Of a stretch of 32,141 bases of DNA, positions 15,115 to 23,815 are shown in pieces. The notes under the pieces are model-generated. The model had not been told where the DNA came from. It made no database searches and saw only the letters and a program-made list of their open reading frames with translations. How positions within the stretch are numbered: position 1 is the stretch's first letter; every line of letters starts with the position of its first letter. A program made the position numbers and the translations under genes. The stretch lies in NCBI GenBank assembly GCA_012271125.1, contig JAAXHB010000028.1, positions 1 through 32,141 on the forward strand, given 5' to 3'. The stretch comes from Actinomycetota bacterium. Its GTDB lineage: Bacteria; Actinomycetota; Acidimicrobiia; Acidimicrobiales; Aldehydirespiratoraceae.

Positions 15115-15855
15115 ATGTGTGGCAGATACGTCAGCTCAACCCCACCAGCTGAGCTAGCCGAACACTTCAACGCCCTCGCCGCACCTGGAATAGTCGACAA
15201 GAGCTCTGCCAAGTTCAACCCCAACTTCAATGCCGCCCCCACCCAAAGCGTTTTCGCCATTTACGAACCCGCAACTAAAAACTCTGGCAAAGATGCCAAA
15301 GACTCAGAACTTGCCGGAAAACGCCTCCTAGACAAGTTCCACTGGGGTCTCATTCCCTTCTGGGCTAAAGACCCAAAAATCGGCAACCGCATGATCAACG
15401 CCCGCGCCGAAACCATCACCGAAAAGAACTCCTACCGAGTGCCGCGAAGTCGCCGCCGTTGCATAATCACCGCCGACGGCTTCTACGAGTGGTTTAAACC
15501 CGCAGACGCGAAAAATAAGACCCCTATGTACATCACCCGCACCGATGGCGAACTCTTTGCCTTCGCCGGCCTCTGGGAAACCTGGCGCCCCGATCCTGAT
15601 CAACCCACTATTCAATCTTGCACAATTATCACCTGCGAAGCCAACGACAAGATGGCAGAAATCCATCACCGCATGCCGGTGATCCTGCCATCCACACTCT
15701 GGGACGCTTGGCTCGACACCGAAAACACCGACTCCGCAGCAGCAGCCGACATGCTCATCCCAGCCCCATCAGGACTAATTCAATTCCACCCCGTATCCAC
15801 CGACGTCAACAACATCCGCAACAACTTCGCCGAACTAATCACCCAAGCCGACTGA
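15115..15855 (+). CDS. SOS-response-associated peptidase (SRAP/YedK family, abasic-site processing protein)
   Basis: N-terminal MCGRY with catalytic Cys2, plus WGLIPFWAKD, NARAETI and the ADGFYEW..F block. Confidence 0.9.
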   Translation: MCGRYVSSTPPAELAEHFNALAAPGIVDKSSAKFNPNFNAAPTQSVFAIYEPATKNSGKDAKDSELAGKRLLDKFHWGLIPFWAKDPKIGNRMINARAETITEKNSYRVPRSRRRCIITADGFYEWFKPADAKNKTPMYITRTDGELFAFAGLWETWRPDPDQPTIQSCTIITCEANDKMAEIHHRMPVILPSTLWDAWLDTENTDSAAAADMLIPAPSGLIQFHPVSTDVNNIRNNFAELITQAD

Positions 15856-15856
15856 G

Positions 15857-15895
15857 CCCCTAAGACTTCCCCCTAAGACTTCCCCCTAAGATTTC
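15857..15895. repeat. 3 x 13-bp tandem repeat (CCCCTAAGACTTC) filling the gap between the convergent SRAP and HIT genes
   Basis: Units at 15857-15869, 15870-15882 and 15883-15895 (last unit cccctaagatttc). The third unit contains the HIT stop codon. Confidence 0.9.
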
Positions 15896-16284
15896 ATTGC
15901 TTCTGACAGCTGTGCCGCTAACGCATCTAAATCGTCGCCATCTGGCTCGGTATCAGCTTGGGCAAAATCCAAATGCTCCATATGATCAATCGGCACTACA
16001 TGCAAATGCGTATGCGGCACCTCAAATCCGGCGATCATCAAGCCCACCCGTGTCGGTGCCAGCAACTTCATCTGTGCTTGCGCCACCCGCTGCGCCACGC
16101 CCATAAGGTGCGCCGCCAAATCAGTCTCAAGGTCAGTCCAATGATCCACCTCAGCTCGAGGCACCACCAGCACATGACCTCGATTCAGCGGCCGCACATC
16201 TATAAAGGCAACACAGTGCTCGTCTGTCCAAACAAACCGAGCTGGTATTTCACCATCGATGATCTTGGTAAAGATTGACGCCAT
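15886..16284 (-). CDS. HIT-family (histidine triad) nucleotide hydrolase
   Basis: MASIFTKIIDGEIPA N-terminus, GHVLVVPR and the histidine triad HTHLHVVP. Confidence 0.9.
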   Translation of the reverse strand: MASIFTKIIDGEIPARFVWTDEHCVAFIDVRPLNRGHVLVVPRAEVDHWTDLETDLAAHLMGVAQRVAQAQMKLLAPTRVGLMIAGFEVPHTHLHVVPIDHMEHLDFAQADTEPDGDDLDALAAQLSEAMKS

Positions 16285-16927
16285 GGGAGCAGACTACGCC
16301 AACCCTCAACCCACCCCTAATTCCGTCGACCCCTCACCCCCGTCCGACTTCGGGCGCATCTTCACCTTCCCCAACTTCATCTCCATTGCCCGCCTCGCCA
16401 GCATCGCCGTGTTCATATGGCTCCTGTTCGACGTCGGCGACCGTTGGACAGCCGCCCTGCTATGGGGTGCCCTCGGTGCCACCGACTGGGTCGACGGCTG
16501 GTGGGCACGCCGTTTCAACTCCGTCAGCGAACTCGGCAAAATCCTCGACCCAGTCTCAGACCGAGTCGTCCTCATCGTCGCCGTCTTCGCAGTCGGCATC
16601 GACGGCTCTGTCCCATGGTGGCTCGTGATCGCAACCCTCGCCCGCGAAGTCTCAATGTCAATTATCATCCCAATCCTCAACGCCATGGGCGTCCCCCGAC
16701 TGAATGTCACCTGGTGGGGCAAATGCGCCACCTTCGGCCTCTACTTCGCTTTCCCGTTACTGCTCGCCGGTGCCGCCGACCCTGCCCACCTCAACGCCTC
16801 TATCGCTGAGGCAATGCGCATCGCCGGCTGGGTATGTGCCGCACCCTCGCTCATCTTCAGCTATGCCTCAGCCATCCAATACCTAAACATAGGCATCGCC
16901 ACCTTGCGCCAAGCCCGCTCCACCTGA
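16283..16927 (+). CDS. pgsA: CDP-alcohol phosphatidyltransferase (PgsA-like)
   Basis: The motif DWVDGWWARRFNSVSELGKILDPVSDRV matches D(x2)DG(x2)AR...G(x3)D(x3)D, and the protein is multi-TM. Its position upstream of gcvH matches Mycobacterium Rv1822. ATG 16259 is an alternative start. Confidence 0.8.
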   Translation: MGADYANPQPTPNSVDPSPPSDFGRIFTFPNFISIARLASIAVFIWLLFDVGDRWTAALLWGALGATDWVDGWWARRFNSVSELGKILDPVSDRVVLIVAVFAVGIDGSVPWWLVIATLAREVSMSIIIPILNAMGVPRLNVTWWGKCATFGLYFAFPLLLAGAADPAHLNASIAEAMRIAGWVCAAPSLIFSYASAIQYLNIGIATLRQARST

Positions 16928-16999
16928 ACCTAAACCTGCCTCAAACAATCCACCTAAACCTGCACCCAACTATCCACCTAAATCTCCACTCTCCGACTT
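16928..16999 (+). repeat. About 3 x 24-bp G-free tandem repeat in the pgsA-gcvH spacer
   Basis: acctaaacctgcctcaaacaatcc / acctaaacctgcacccaactatcc / acctaaatctccactctccgactt. The third unit matches only in its first half. Confidence 0.8.
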
Positions 17000-17034
17000 C
17001 TCCAAAACACGCTCTCTCAGGTAACTTTTGCCAT

Positions 17035-17418
17035 ATGGACGTTCCAGAAAATCTCCGTTACTCAAAAGACCATGAATGGGCTCTCCTCGAAGGTGACATG
17101 GTCAAGATCGGCATCACTGACTTCGCCCAAGACGCACTTGGCGACGTCGTCTATGTCGATCTCCCCAACGTCGACGACAACGTCTCCCAAAATGAAGTCT
17201 TCGGCGAAGTCGAATCCACCAAATCTGTCTCTGAGCTCTACTCACCGGTCAGCGGCACCGTCGCCGAAATCAACGAAGATCTCCTCAGCTCCCCGCAACG
17301 TCTCAACGAAGACCCATACGGCGACGGCTGGATTTGCGTCGTCAAAACCTCAGACGCCGCCGAACTCGACAACCTCCTAGACGCCGATGGCTACCGCGCC
17401 CTCACCGAAGATAGCTAG
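17035..17418 (+). CDS. gcvH: Glycine cleavage system protein H
   Basis: LRYSKDHEWA and the lipoyl-lysine motif GEVESTKSVSELYSPVSG. The start is at ATG 17035; the track's 16834 start runs through the intergenic repeats. Confidence 0.95.
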   Translation: MDVPENLRYSKDHEWALLEGDMVKIGITDFAQDALGDVVYVDLPNVDDNVSQNEVFGEVESTKSVSELYSPVSGTVAEINEDLLSSPQRLNEDPYGDGWICVVKTSDAAELDNLLDADGYRALTEDS

Positions 17419-17819
17419 TGAGTGAACCAACCGTCCCGCATCAACTCTCCGACGACGACGCCTCATCGGGCCCAAATCAATCAGGCACAGTTGTCGTCGA
17501 CCGCTCCGCCTTTAGCCGCAGCGACGGACTCTTCGTCATTAACCAGGGACCCAAAGCAGGTGCACGCTACGCCCTCGACACCGACCCGGTCACCCTCGGA
17601 CGCCACCCGTCCAACGACATTTTCTTAGATGACATCACCGTTTCGCATCACCATGCCGAGGTCTTCCGAGCCGATGCCACCTTTCGCATCCGTGACCTCA
17701 GCTCACTAAACGGAACTTATGTCAACTCCAAAATCATCGAAGACACTGAACTCGCAGAAGGAGATGAAGTGCAGATAGGCAGATACAAAATGGTTTTCCT
17801 CCATGGAACGGCGGATTAG
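17418..17819 (+). CDS. garA: FHA-domain protein (GarA/OdhI-like)
   Basis: The FHA core reads TLGRHPSNDIFLDDITVSHHHAEV...IRDLSSLNGTYVN...GDEVQIGRYKMVF. Its position after gcvH matches Rv1827. The GTG start overlaps the gcvH stop. Confidence 0.8.
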   Translation: MSEPTVPHQLSDDDASSGPNQSGTVVVDRSAFSRSDGLFVINQGPKAGARYALDTDPVTLGRHPSNDIFLDDITVSHHHAEVFRADATFRIRDLSSLNGTYVNSKIIEDTELAEGDEVQIGRYKMVFLHGTAD

Positions 17820-18974
17820 ATGAACGCAGCAATAATCCAACCCGCTGACTCAAGCCCGCTCAACCGCGGTGCCGTCAGTCAGAGTCAAACCCTGTCCGAT
17901 CCAGTCACCTCTAACCCAATGGAGCCCAAGACAACCGCCGACAACTATCACTCCATCGGCGACGTGTTAACCCTGCTCGGCAGAGAACACCCCGACCTCA
18001 CCGTCTCTAAAATCCGTTTCCTAGAGGCAAAAGGGCTCATCGTTCCGCAGCGCACCCCTTCAGGTCATCGTCGTTTCTTTGACGCCGACGTCGCTCGCCT
18101 GCGCTGGGTTCTCAATCAGCAGCGTGATCGCAGCCTGCCATTGCGTGCCATCCGCAGCGAACTCAAGGATCCGGCACTTGTCGAGTCCTTCGAAACCGGC
18201 GAATACCCCGCCATTCAAGACACCCGAACGGAGCCCGTCTCTATGACAATGGACACAGGGACACTGGACACCGGGACACTGGACACCGGCGAATCCGACG
18301 CTGTCGGATTTTTTGATCCCGACGAACCCACAATGCCCGACACGTCAACCGTCTCCGAGGAACCGACTATCGATCCCACCCCACTCAGCGAAGGCGATAC
18401 TAAAAGCATGGACACCGACGAGCTTGAAGAAACCACATTTGAAGAGACCCCATTTGAAGAGACTGTTGCCGAAGTAGCTGAGCAACCTGAAATAGTCCCT
18501 GAAATAGTCCCTGAAATAGTCGAGGAAGTTGCTGAAGAAGTGATAGAGGAAGTTGTAGAGGATGTGGTTGAGGAAGAAGAGATAGAACCGGAACCGGCAA
18601 CTATCGAAGGCTCGGTCAGTCTCAACCTTGAGGAACTTGCCAGCATCACCGGCACCGAGTCCCATGAGCTCAAGGAGCTAATCCGCATGGGCCTGCTTGC
18701 CCCAATGAGCAACGATGCAACCTTTGACCACCGAGCAGTCCTCATGGTTCAAATCATCCAGCGTTTCACCGAACTAGGCGTCGAACCGCGAGTGCTACGC
18801 ATGTACAAGGTCGCAACCGACCGTGAAATCGGCATGTATGAGCAGCTCTTGGCGTCACAAGTTGCCCGAGGCGACTCAGCCACCGTGCGTTCGCAACTTT
18901 CAGAGCTAGTAAACCTCTCCGAACAGCTTCGCCGCGGCTTGTTGCAGCATCATTTCTCCCCACACCTGGATTAA
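17820..18974 (+). CDS. MerR-family regulator (FtsR/Rv1828-like) with a long acidic repeat-rich insertion
   Basis: MerR HTH YHSIGDVLTLLGREHPDLTVSKIRFLEAKGLIVPQRTPSGHRRF. The C-terminal domain reads LNLEELASITG...LGVEPRVLRMYK. The true start may be the internal Met (MEPKTT). Confidence 0.75.
   Translation: MNAAIIQPADSSPLNRGAVSQSQTLSDPVTSNPMEPKTTADNYHSIGDVLTLLGREHPDLTVSKIRFLEAKGLIVPQRTPSGHRRFFDADVARLRWVLNQQRDRSLPLRAIRSELKDPALVESFETGEYPAIQDTRTEPVSMTMDTGTLDTGTLDTGESDAVGFFDPDEPTMPDTSTVSEEPTIDPTPLSEGDTKSMDTDELEETTFEETPFEETVAEVAEQPEIVPEIVPEIVEEVAEEVIEEVVEDVVEEEEIEPEPATIEGSVSLNLEELASITGTESHELKELIRMGLLAPMSNDATFDHRAVLMVQIIQRFTELGVEPRVLRMYKVATDREIGMYEQLLASQVARGDSATVRSQLSELVNLSEQLRRGLLQHHFSPHLD
18258..18287 (+). 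repeat. 2 x 15-bp tandem repeat (gggacactggacacc), plus a partial copy upstream, encoding (DTGTL)n
   Basis: Full units at 18258-18272 and 18273-18287. Confidence 0.9.
18486..18521 (+). repeat. 3 x 12-bp perfect tandem repeat (cctgaaatagtc) encoding (PEIV)3
   Basis: Units at 18486-18497, 18498-18509 and 18510-18521. Confidence 0.95.
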
Positions 18975-19002
18975 CGCTTCACAACCGATTAATTCACCCA
19001 CC

Positions 19003-19497
19003 ATGATTGAAATGGAAATAGTCGGCGTGCGCGTCGAAATGCACTCCAACGCACCCATCGTTTTGCTTCGAGAAAAGACCCCATCTGCTCGCTTGCTCCC
19101 CATTTTTGTCGGCATGTCTGAGGCAACCGCGATAGCGCTTTGCCTCGAGGGAAAACAACCCCCACGTCCCATGACTCACGACCTCATGATCCAAGTCCTT
19201 GGCGAACTAACCGCCGACCTTGAACGCATCGTTGTCACCGAACTTCGAGACAAGACCTTCTTCGCCGAAATCCACCTCAACTCATCGGCGGGCACCTCTG
19301 TCATCTCCAGCCGACCGTCCGATGCCATCGCTCTCGCGGTGCGCTCCGGTGCTGCCATCTTCGTAAATGAAGATGTCGTCGGCATAGCTGGCTACGCGGG
19401 CACCAGAGGAGATCAGCAGCTCGACTCTGAAGAAGTCGTAGAACAATTCAAAGAGTTCATCGACTCCGTCTCACCCGAGGACTTTGCCCAGAGTTAA
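19003..19497 (+). CDS. Bifunctional nuclease-family protein (DUF151, Rv1829-like)
   Basis: MEIVGVRVEM...PIVLLRE...LPIFVGMSEATAIA..L.G...PRPMTHDL matches the DUF151 pattern. It lies between the two MerR genes, as in mycobacteria. Confidence 0.8.
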   Translation: MIEMEIVGVRVEMHSNAPIVLLREKTPSARLLPIFVGMSEATAIALCLEGKQPPRPMTHDLMIQVLGELTADLERIVVTELRDKTFFAEIHLNSSAGTSVISSRPSDAIALAVRSGAAIFVNEDVVGIAGYAGTRGDQQLDSEEVVEQFKEFIDSVSPEDFAQS

Positions 19498-19610
19498 TTA
19501 AGCACAGAGCTAAACCAATTCACACGCTGGTAGTTTCCCCTATGAAATTTGTTTGGGAAATTGTTTACCCTCACAGGTGACATTCCCACGGCCTCATAAA
19601 GGAGACTCCA

Positions 19611-20159
19611 ATGGCTATAAAGAAAACACCAGCTAAGAAAATCACTTCTAAAACTCCTCCAAAGGTCGACCGAAGTCACGGCTACAACAGCATGTGCGCA
19701 TTTGAGCTCGCCAACATCACCTACCGTCAGCTCGACCACTGGGATCGCATCGATTTCGTCAAGCCCTCCCTTGAAGAGGCAATCGGCAGTGGCAGCCGAC
19801 GTCTTTACAGCTACGGCGACATCGTCAAGCTGCGTGCCATCAAGGAACTCCGCGACGCCGGTCTGAGCGTCAAGAGCATCCAGATCGTCATGGACAATCT
19901 CAAGACCGAATTCAACGCCGACCTTGCCACATCCAACCTCGTCATCGACGGCAAAACCCCAATCTTGGCAACCGACGACGAGCTAGTCGATCTCATCAGA
20001 GGCGGCCAACGAGTCCTCAACGTGTTGCCGATGGCACCGGTGCAACAAGAGGTCGACGCCAAGATCATCCAGCTCTTCCCTGAGCACAAGCTCTCCGAAA
20101 AGCCAGCCAATAAGACATCTGTCAAACCTGTTGCCAAAGCCGCGGCTCAGAAGGCATAA
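19611..20159 (+). CDS. MerR-family transcriptional regulator (Rv1830-like)
   Basis: ITYRQLDHWDRIDFVKPS...GSGSRRLYSYGDIVKLRAIKELRDAGLSVKSI. A strong AAGGAG Shine-Dalgarno lies upstream of the ATG. Confidence 0.8.
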   Translation: MAIKKTPAKKITSKTPPKVDRSHGYNSMCAFELANITYRQLDHWDRIDFVKPSLEEAIGSGSRRLYSYGDIVKLRAIKELRDAGLSVKSIQIVMDNLKTEFNADLATSNLVIDGKTPILATDDELVDLIRGGQRVLNVLPMAPVQQEVDAKIIQLFPEHKLSEKPANKTSVKPVAKAAAQKA

Positions 20160-20172
20160 CCCGCGCTCACCT

Positions 20173-21267
20173 ATGGCAAATAAGCAATCGCCGCTTCATG
20201 ATGTCCATGTAGCTGCCGATGCCAAGCTGGTCGACTTCGGCGGCTGGGACATGCCTGTCGCTTATCCCTCCGGCACGGTTGCTGAGCACATGGCATGCCG
20301 CAACGACGCCGCCATCTTTGACGTCTCACACCTCGGCACGGTTCGAGTCACCGGCGCAGGCGCTCACGACGCCCTCCAATGGTCGCTTTCCAATGACCTG
20401 AACCGCATCGCTGCCGGTGCCGCCCAGTACACACATCTCTTAGATGCCGACGATGCCTCGGTCACCGACGACATCATCGTCTGGTGGCTCAGCGACGACA
20501 ACAGTGACGACAACAATGGCGGCATCTACGACGTCATCCCCAACGCCTCTAACACCGACCGAGTCACCTCAGTCCTGAAACAAGCCGCCGACAACATCAG
20601 CGTCGAAGATGTCACTTCAACTCGTGCCCTGCTCGCCATCCAAGGCCCTAACGCTCGCTCCAAACTCGCCGAAGTGTCACCTGAAGCCGCCGCTGTTGGC
20701 AGGTTCAAGGTCGCCGAAGTTGCCATCAACGGCGTAGACACCATCGTCGCCGGCACGGGCTACACCGGCGAAGACGGCGTCGAAATCGCCATCCCCGTTG
20801 ACGCCGGCGAATTAATTTGGAACGCTCTGGTCACCGCAGGCGTCACCCCCGCCGGTCTCGGTGCCCGTGACACTTTGCGACTTGAAGCAGGCCTGCCTCT
20901 TCACGGTCACGAGCTCGGCCCCGGCATTACCCCGCTTCAAGCCGGTCTTTCCTGGGTTGCCCGCTTCGACAAGGGCGATTTCCGCGGCAAAGCTCCCCTA
21001 GAAGCCGAACAACAAGCCGGCCCTCATCGCATTATGCGAGGTTTGCTATGCGACACGCGACGTCCGCCTCGTGATGGCTGCGAAGTCCTTCGCTCCGACG
21101 AAAGAATCGGCACTGTTACTAGTGGCAACTTTTCACCAGTTCTCGGAGTGGGTATCGCCCTCGCTCTTCTCGATCCTTCAGTAGAGCTTGGCGAAGACGT
21201 CATTATCGACGTTCGCGGCAAGGAAATGCCCGCCAAGGTCGTAAAACCCCGATTTGTAGGTAACTAG
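20173..21267 (+). CDS. gcvT: Glycine cleavage system aminomethyltransferase T
   Basis: [40 protein letters not shown] and [21 protein letters not shown]. The start is at ATG 20173. Confidence 0.9.
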   Translation: MANKQSPLHDVHVAADAKLVDFGGWDMPVAYPSGTVAEHMACRNDAAIFDVSHLGTVRVTGAGAHDALQWSLSNDLNRIAAGAAQYTHLLDADDASVTDDIIVWWLSDDNSDDNNGGIYDVIPNASNTDRVTSVLKQAADNISVEDVTSTRALLAIQGPNARSKLAEVSPEAAAVGRFKVAEVAINGVDTIVAGTGYTGEDGVEIAIPVDAGELIWNALVTAGVTPAGLGARDTLRLEAGLPLHGHELGPGITPLQAGLSWVARFDKGDFRGKAPLEAEQQAGPHRIMRGLLCDTRRPPRDGCEVLRSDERIGTVTSGNFSPVLGVGIALALLDPSVELGEDVIIDVRGKEMPAKVVKPRFVGN

Positions 21268-22367
21268 GGCAACTCCAGCAAAGGTGCCAGCACATCCACG
21301 CTGCGTTGCATCAGCCAATGATCCGCCAAGGTCAACAGCGCCATGGCTTCAACCATCGGCACCGCCCTCGGTAACACACACGGATCATGTCGCCCCTTGG
21401 CTTCCAAGGTCGTCGCTTCACCAGAGCGAGTCACCGTGTCCTGCTCTGATGCAATCGTCGACGTTGGCTTGAACGCCACCCGAAACACAATGTCAGCCCT
21501 ATTGGAAATGCCGCCCTGTATACCCCCTGAGTGATTTGTTCTCACATCGACTCCTGAAACACTGGGCACAAACGGGTCATTGTGTTCGCGTCCGGTCATA
21601 GTCGTTGCCGCAAACCCTGTGCCTATCTCGATCCCCTTAGCCGCCGGCAGCGACATCATCGCCGCCCCTAGCCGAGCATCGAGCTTGTCAAACACCGGCT
21701 CCCCAAGACCAGCCGGCACATTGCGACACACACACTCCACCACACCACCCAAAGAGTCCCCATCACGGCGAGCATCCTCAATCGCCTCAGCAATCCGCTC
21801 AGCTACAGCCACATCCGGGCAGCGAGTCGGACCCGCCTCAACATCATCCAAACTCACAGTCGCCGCATCCACTTCAGCCACATGTTCGTGAACTGATCGC
21901 ACCCAGGCCAGCACCTCTATACCAGCCCCTACCCTCAGCAATTTGCGAGCCACCGCCGCGGCAGCCACTCGTCCGATGGTCTCTCGCGCCGAGGCACGCC
22001 CTCCGCCTGTCCAGTTGCGAAACCCATACTTAGCGTTGTAAGTAAAATCCGCATGCGAAGGCCGATACACGTCCTTTAGATGCTCATAAGCCCCAGGCTT
22101 GGCATCGGTGTTGCGCACCAAAATCCCAATCGGCGTCCCAGTCGTATACCCACCAAACACCCCCGACAAAATTTCTGCAGTATCTGCCTCCTGACGCTGC
22201 GTCACCAGACTGCTTTGCCCAGGCCGTCGCCGATCCAAATCGCTTTGAATATCTGCTTCGCTCAACTCCAACCGAGGCGGACACCCGTCAATCACAACTC
22301 CAACGCCACCACCATGGGATTCCCCAAACGTCGTCGCTCGAAACACCGACCCAAACGTGTTACTCAT
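21264..22367 (-). CDS. aroC: Chorismate synthase
   Basis: [39 protein letters not shown] and [14 protein letters not shown]. Its stop overlaps the gcvT stop on the palindrome CTAG. Confidence 0.95.
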   Translation of the reverse strand: MSNTFGSVFRATTFGESHGGGVGVVIDGCPPRLELSEADIQSDLDRRRPGQSSLVTQRQEADTAEILSGVFGGYTTGTPIGILVRNTDAKPGAYEHLKDVYRPSHADFTYNAKYGFRNWTGGGRASARETIGRVAAAAVARKLLRVGAGIEVLAWVRSVHEHVAEVDAATVSLDDVEAGPTRCPDVAVAERIAEAIEDARRDGDSLGGVVECVCRNVPAGLGEPVFDKLDARLGAAMMSLPAAKGIEIGTGFAATTMTGREHNDPFVPSVSGVDVRTNHSGGIQGGISNRADIVFRVAFKPTSTIASEQDTVTRSGEATTLEAKGRHDPCVLPRAVPMVEAMALLTLADHWLMQRSVDVLAPLLELP

Positions 22368-22383
22368 CACCGCGATCTTAGGA

Positions 22384-23757
22384 TCACAACTCAAGCAGAG
22401 CTTGCTCTACCACCTCAGGCAACGCCGGATGTATGTAGTACTGCTGCGCTGCCATCTGATCCACCGTCAAATCAAATGCCATCCCCTGAATTAGTTGCTG
22501 TATCAAAGTCGACGCCTGCGGCCCAATAATGTGCGCACCCAGCAGTCGCCGAGTGTTCGCATCGGCAATCACCTTCACAACGCTCGTCGTGTCCTCCAAT
22601 GCCCACCCATATGCACAAGCCGCATACGGATGCACTTTGGGCACGTAGCTATAGCCACCCTCGGTGCACTCCCGTTCGGTCAGTCCCACGCTTGCCACCT
22701 GCGGATGTCCAAACACCGCATGAGGAATAAAGCGATGATCCACCGCCTTTAAATCTGCCGGATGCGTCAAATTGTGGCGTACCACCCTTGCCTCATGGTT
22801 GGCAACATGTTTTAGCTGAACCGGATTGGCAATGTCGCCGAGTGCCCACACTCCAGGCGCAGTGGTCTGGCAATACTCATCCACAAGCACATAGCCAGCG
22901 TCGTTGGTATGGACGCCTCCAGCAGAGGGATTCAGTCCCGCACTGTTTGGTATGCGCCCTGTTGCCACCAGCAACGCATCGCCTCGCAGTTCACTCACAT
23001 CACCCGGTCCATCAACATCCAACACGATTTCTGATTTTTTGGGTTCTTCACCTTCCCGCCGCGCACTACGCACCGACGCATCGGTCACCACCTTGTACTT
23101 CTCTGACATGGCTTCGGTGAAGCGACTGCGTATGTCTTCATCTTCACGTCGCAAGAACGTGTCTCCGCGCAACACAAAGGTCACATCAGAACCCAATGCC
23201 CCCATCACTCCGCCCAGCTCGGCTGCTATGTAGCCGCCGCCAAGCACCAGCAGCCGTTCCGGCAGTTCATCGAGGCGCATGATCGTGTCGGAGGTGTGAT
23301 ATCCGCAATCTTCTAGCCCTTCAATGTTCGGCACCGCCGCCCTCGCGCCCGCAGCAATCACAATCTGTTGAGCAGTGACGGTTTCTCCGCCCACGTCCAC
23401 TTGTTTTGGTCCCACAAAACGTGCCGTGTTCTCAAAAACCGTCACATTGTCAAGCCCATGTCGCCATTCCAACCCCGACTGCGCTATCGGATCAATCCGC
23501 CCAAACACCCGATCCCTAATCGCCGCCCAATCCGCACCTTCCATGCGGGTATGCACCCCGTAGCGCCCACCATCAGCGGCTATCTCAGCCACCTCAGCGG
23601 CATACACAAACATTTTCGACGGAATACACCCCACGTTCAGACACGTCCCGCCAAACAGCCCATGCTCAGCAATGGCAACATTCCAGTCGTCATGCTCTGG
23701 CCCCAGCACCGAGTTCCCCGACCCCGCCCCAATAATCAACAAATCAAACTCCCGCAT
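22384..23757 (-). CDS. mtr: Mycothione reductase-like FAD/NAD(P)H disulfide oxidoreductase
   Basis: IIGAGSGNS, the redox-active [32 protein letters not shown] and a C-terminal dimerisation domain with HPALPEV. It closely resembles my recollection of M. tuberculosis Mtr. Confidence 0.8.
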   Translation of the reverse strand: MREFDLLIIGAGSGNSVLGPEHDDWNVAIAEHGLFGGTCLNVGCIPSKMFVYAAEVAEIAADGGRYGVHTRMEGADWAAIRDRVFGRIDPIAQSGLEWRHGLDNVTVFENTARFVGPKQVDVGGETVTAQQIVIAAGARAAVPNIEGLEDCGYHTSDTIMRLDELPERLLVLGGGYIAAELGGVMGALGSDVTFVLRGDTFLRREDEDIRSRFTEAMSEKYKVVTDASVRSARREGEEPKKSEIVLDVDGPGDVSELRGDALLVATGRIPNSAGLNPSAGGVHTNDAGYVLVDEYCQTTAPGVWALGDIANPVQLKHVANHEARVVRHNLTHPADLKAVDHRFIPHAVFGHPQVASVGLTERECTEGGYSYVPKVHPYAACAYGWALEDTTSVVKVIADANTRRLLGAHIIGPQASTLIQQLIQGMAFDLTVDQMAAQQYYIHPALPEVVEQALLEL

Positions 23758-23815
23758 CCCCGCACATTACCCACCCCTACCTCAGACTATCCCACCTGTC
23801 GGCAATAATTAGCCC

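Noticed and set aside
16928-17034. Glycine riboswitch upstream of gcvH (also checked upstream of gcvT at 20160-20172 and gcvP at 28692-28768)
   Set aside because: The spacers are too short or G-poor and lack anything like the conserved GGAGAG...ACCGAAGGGGCAA cores. This was judged by eye only and needs a covariance-model search.
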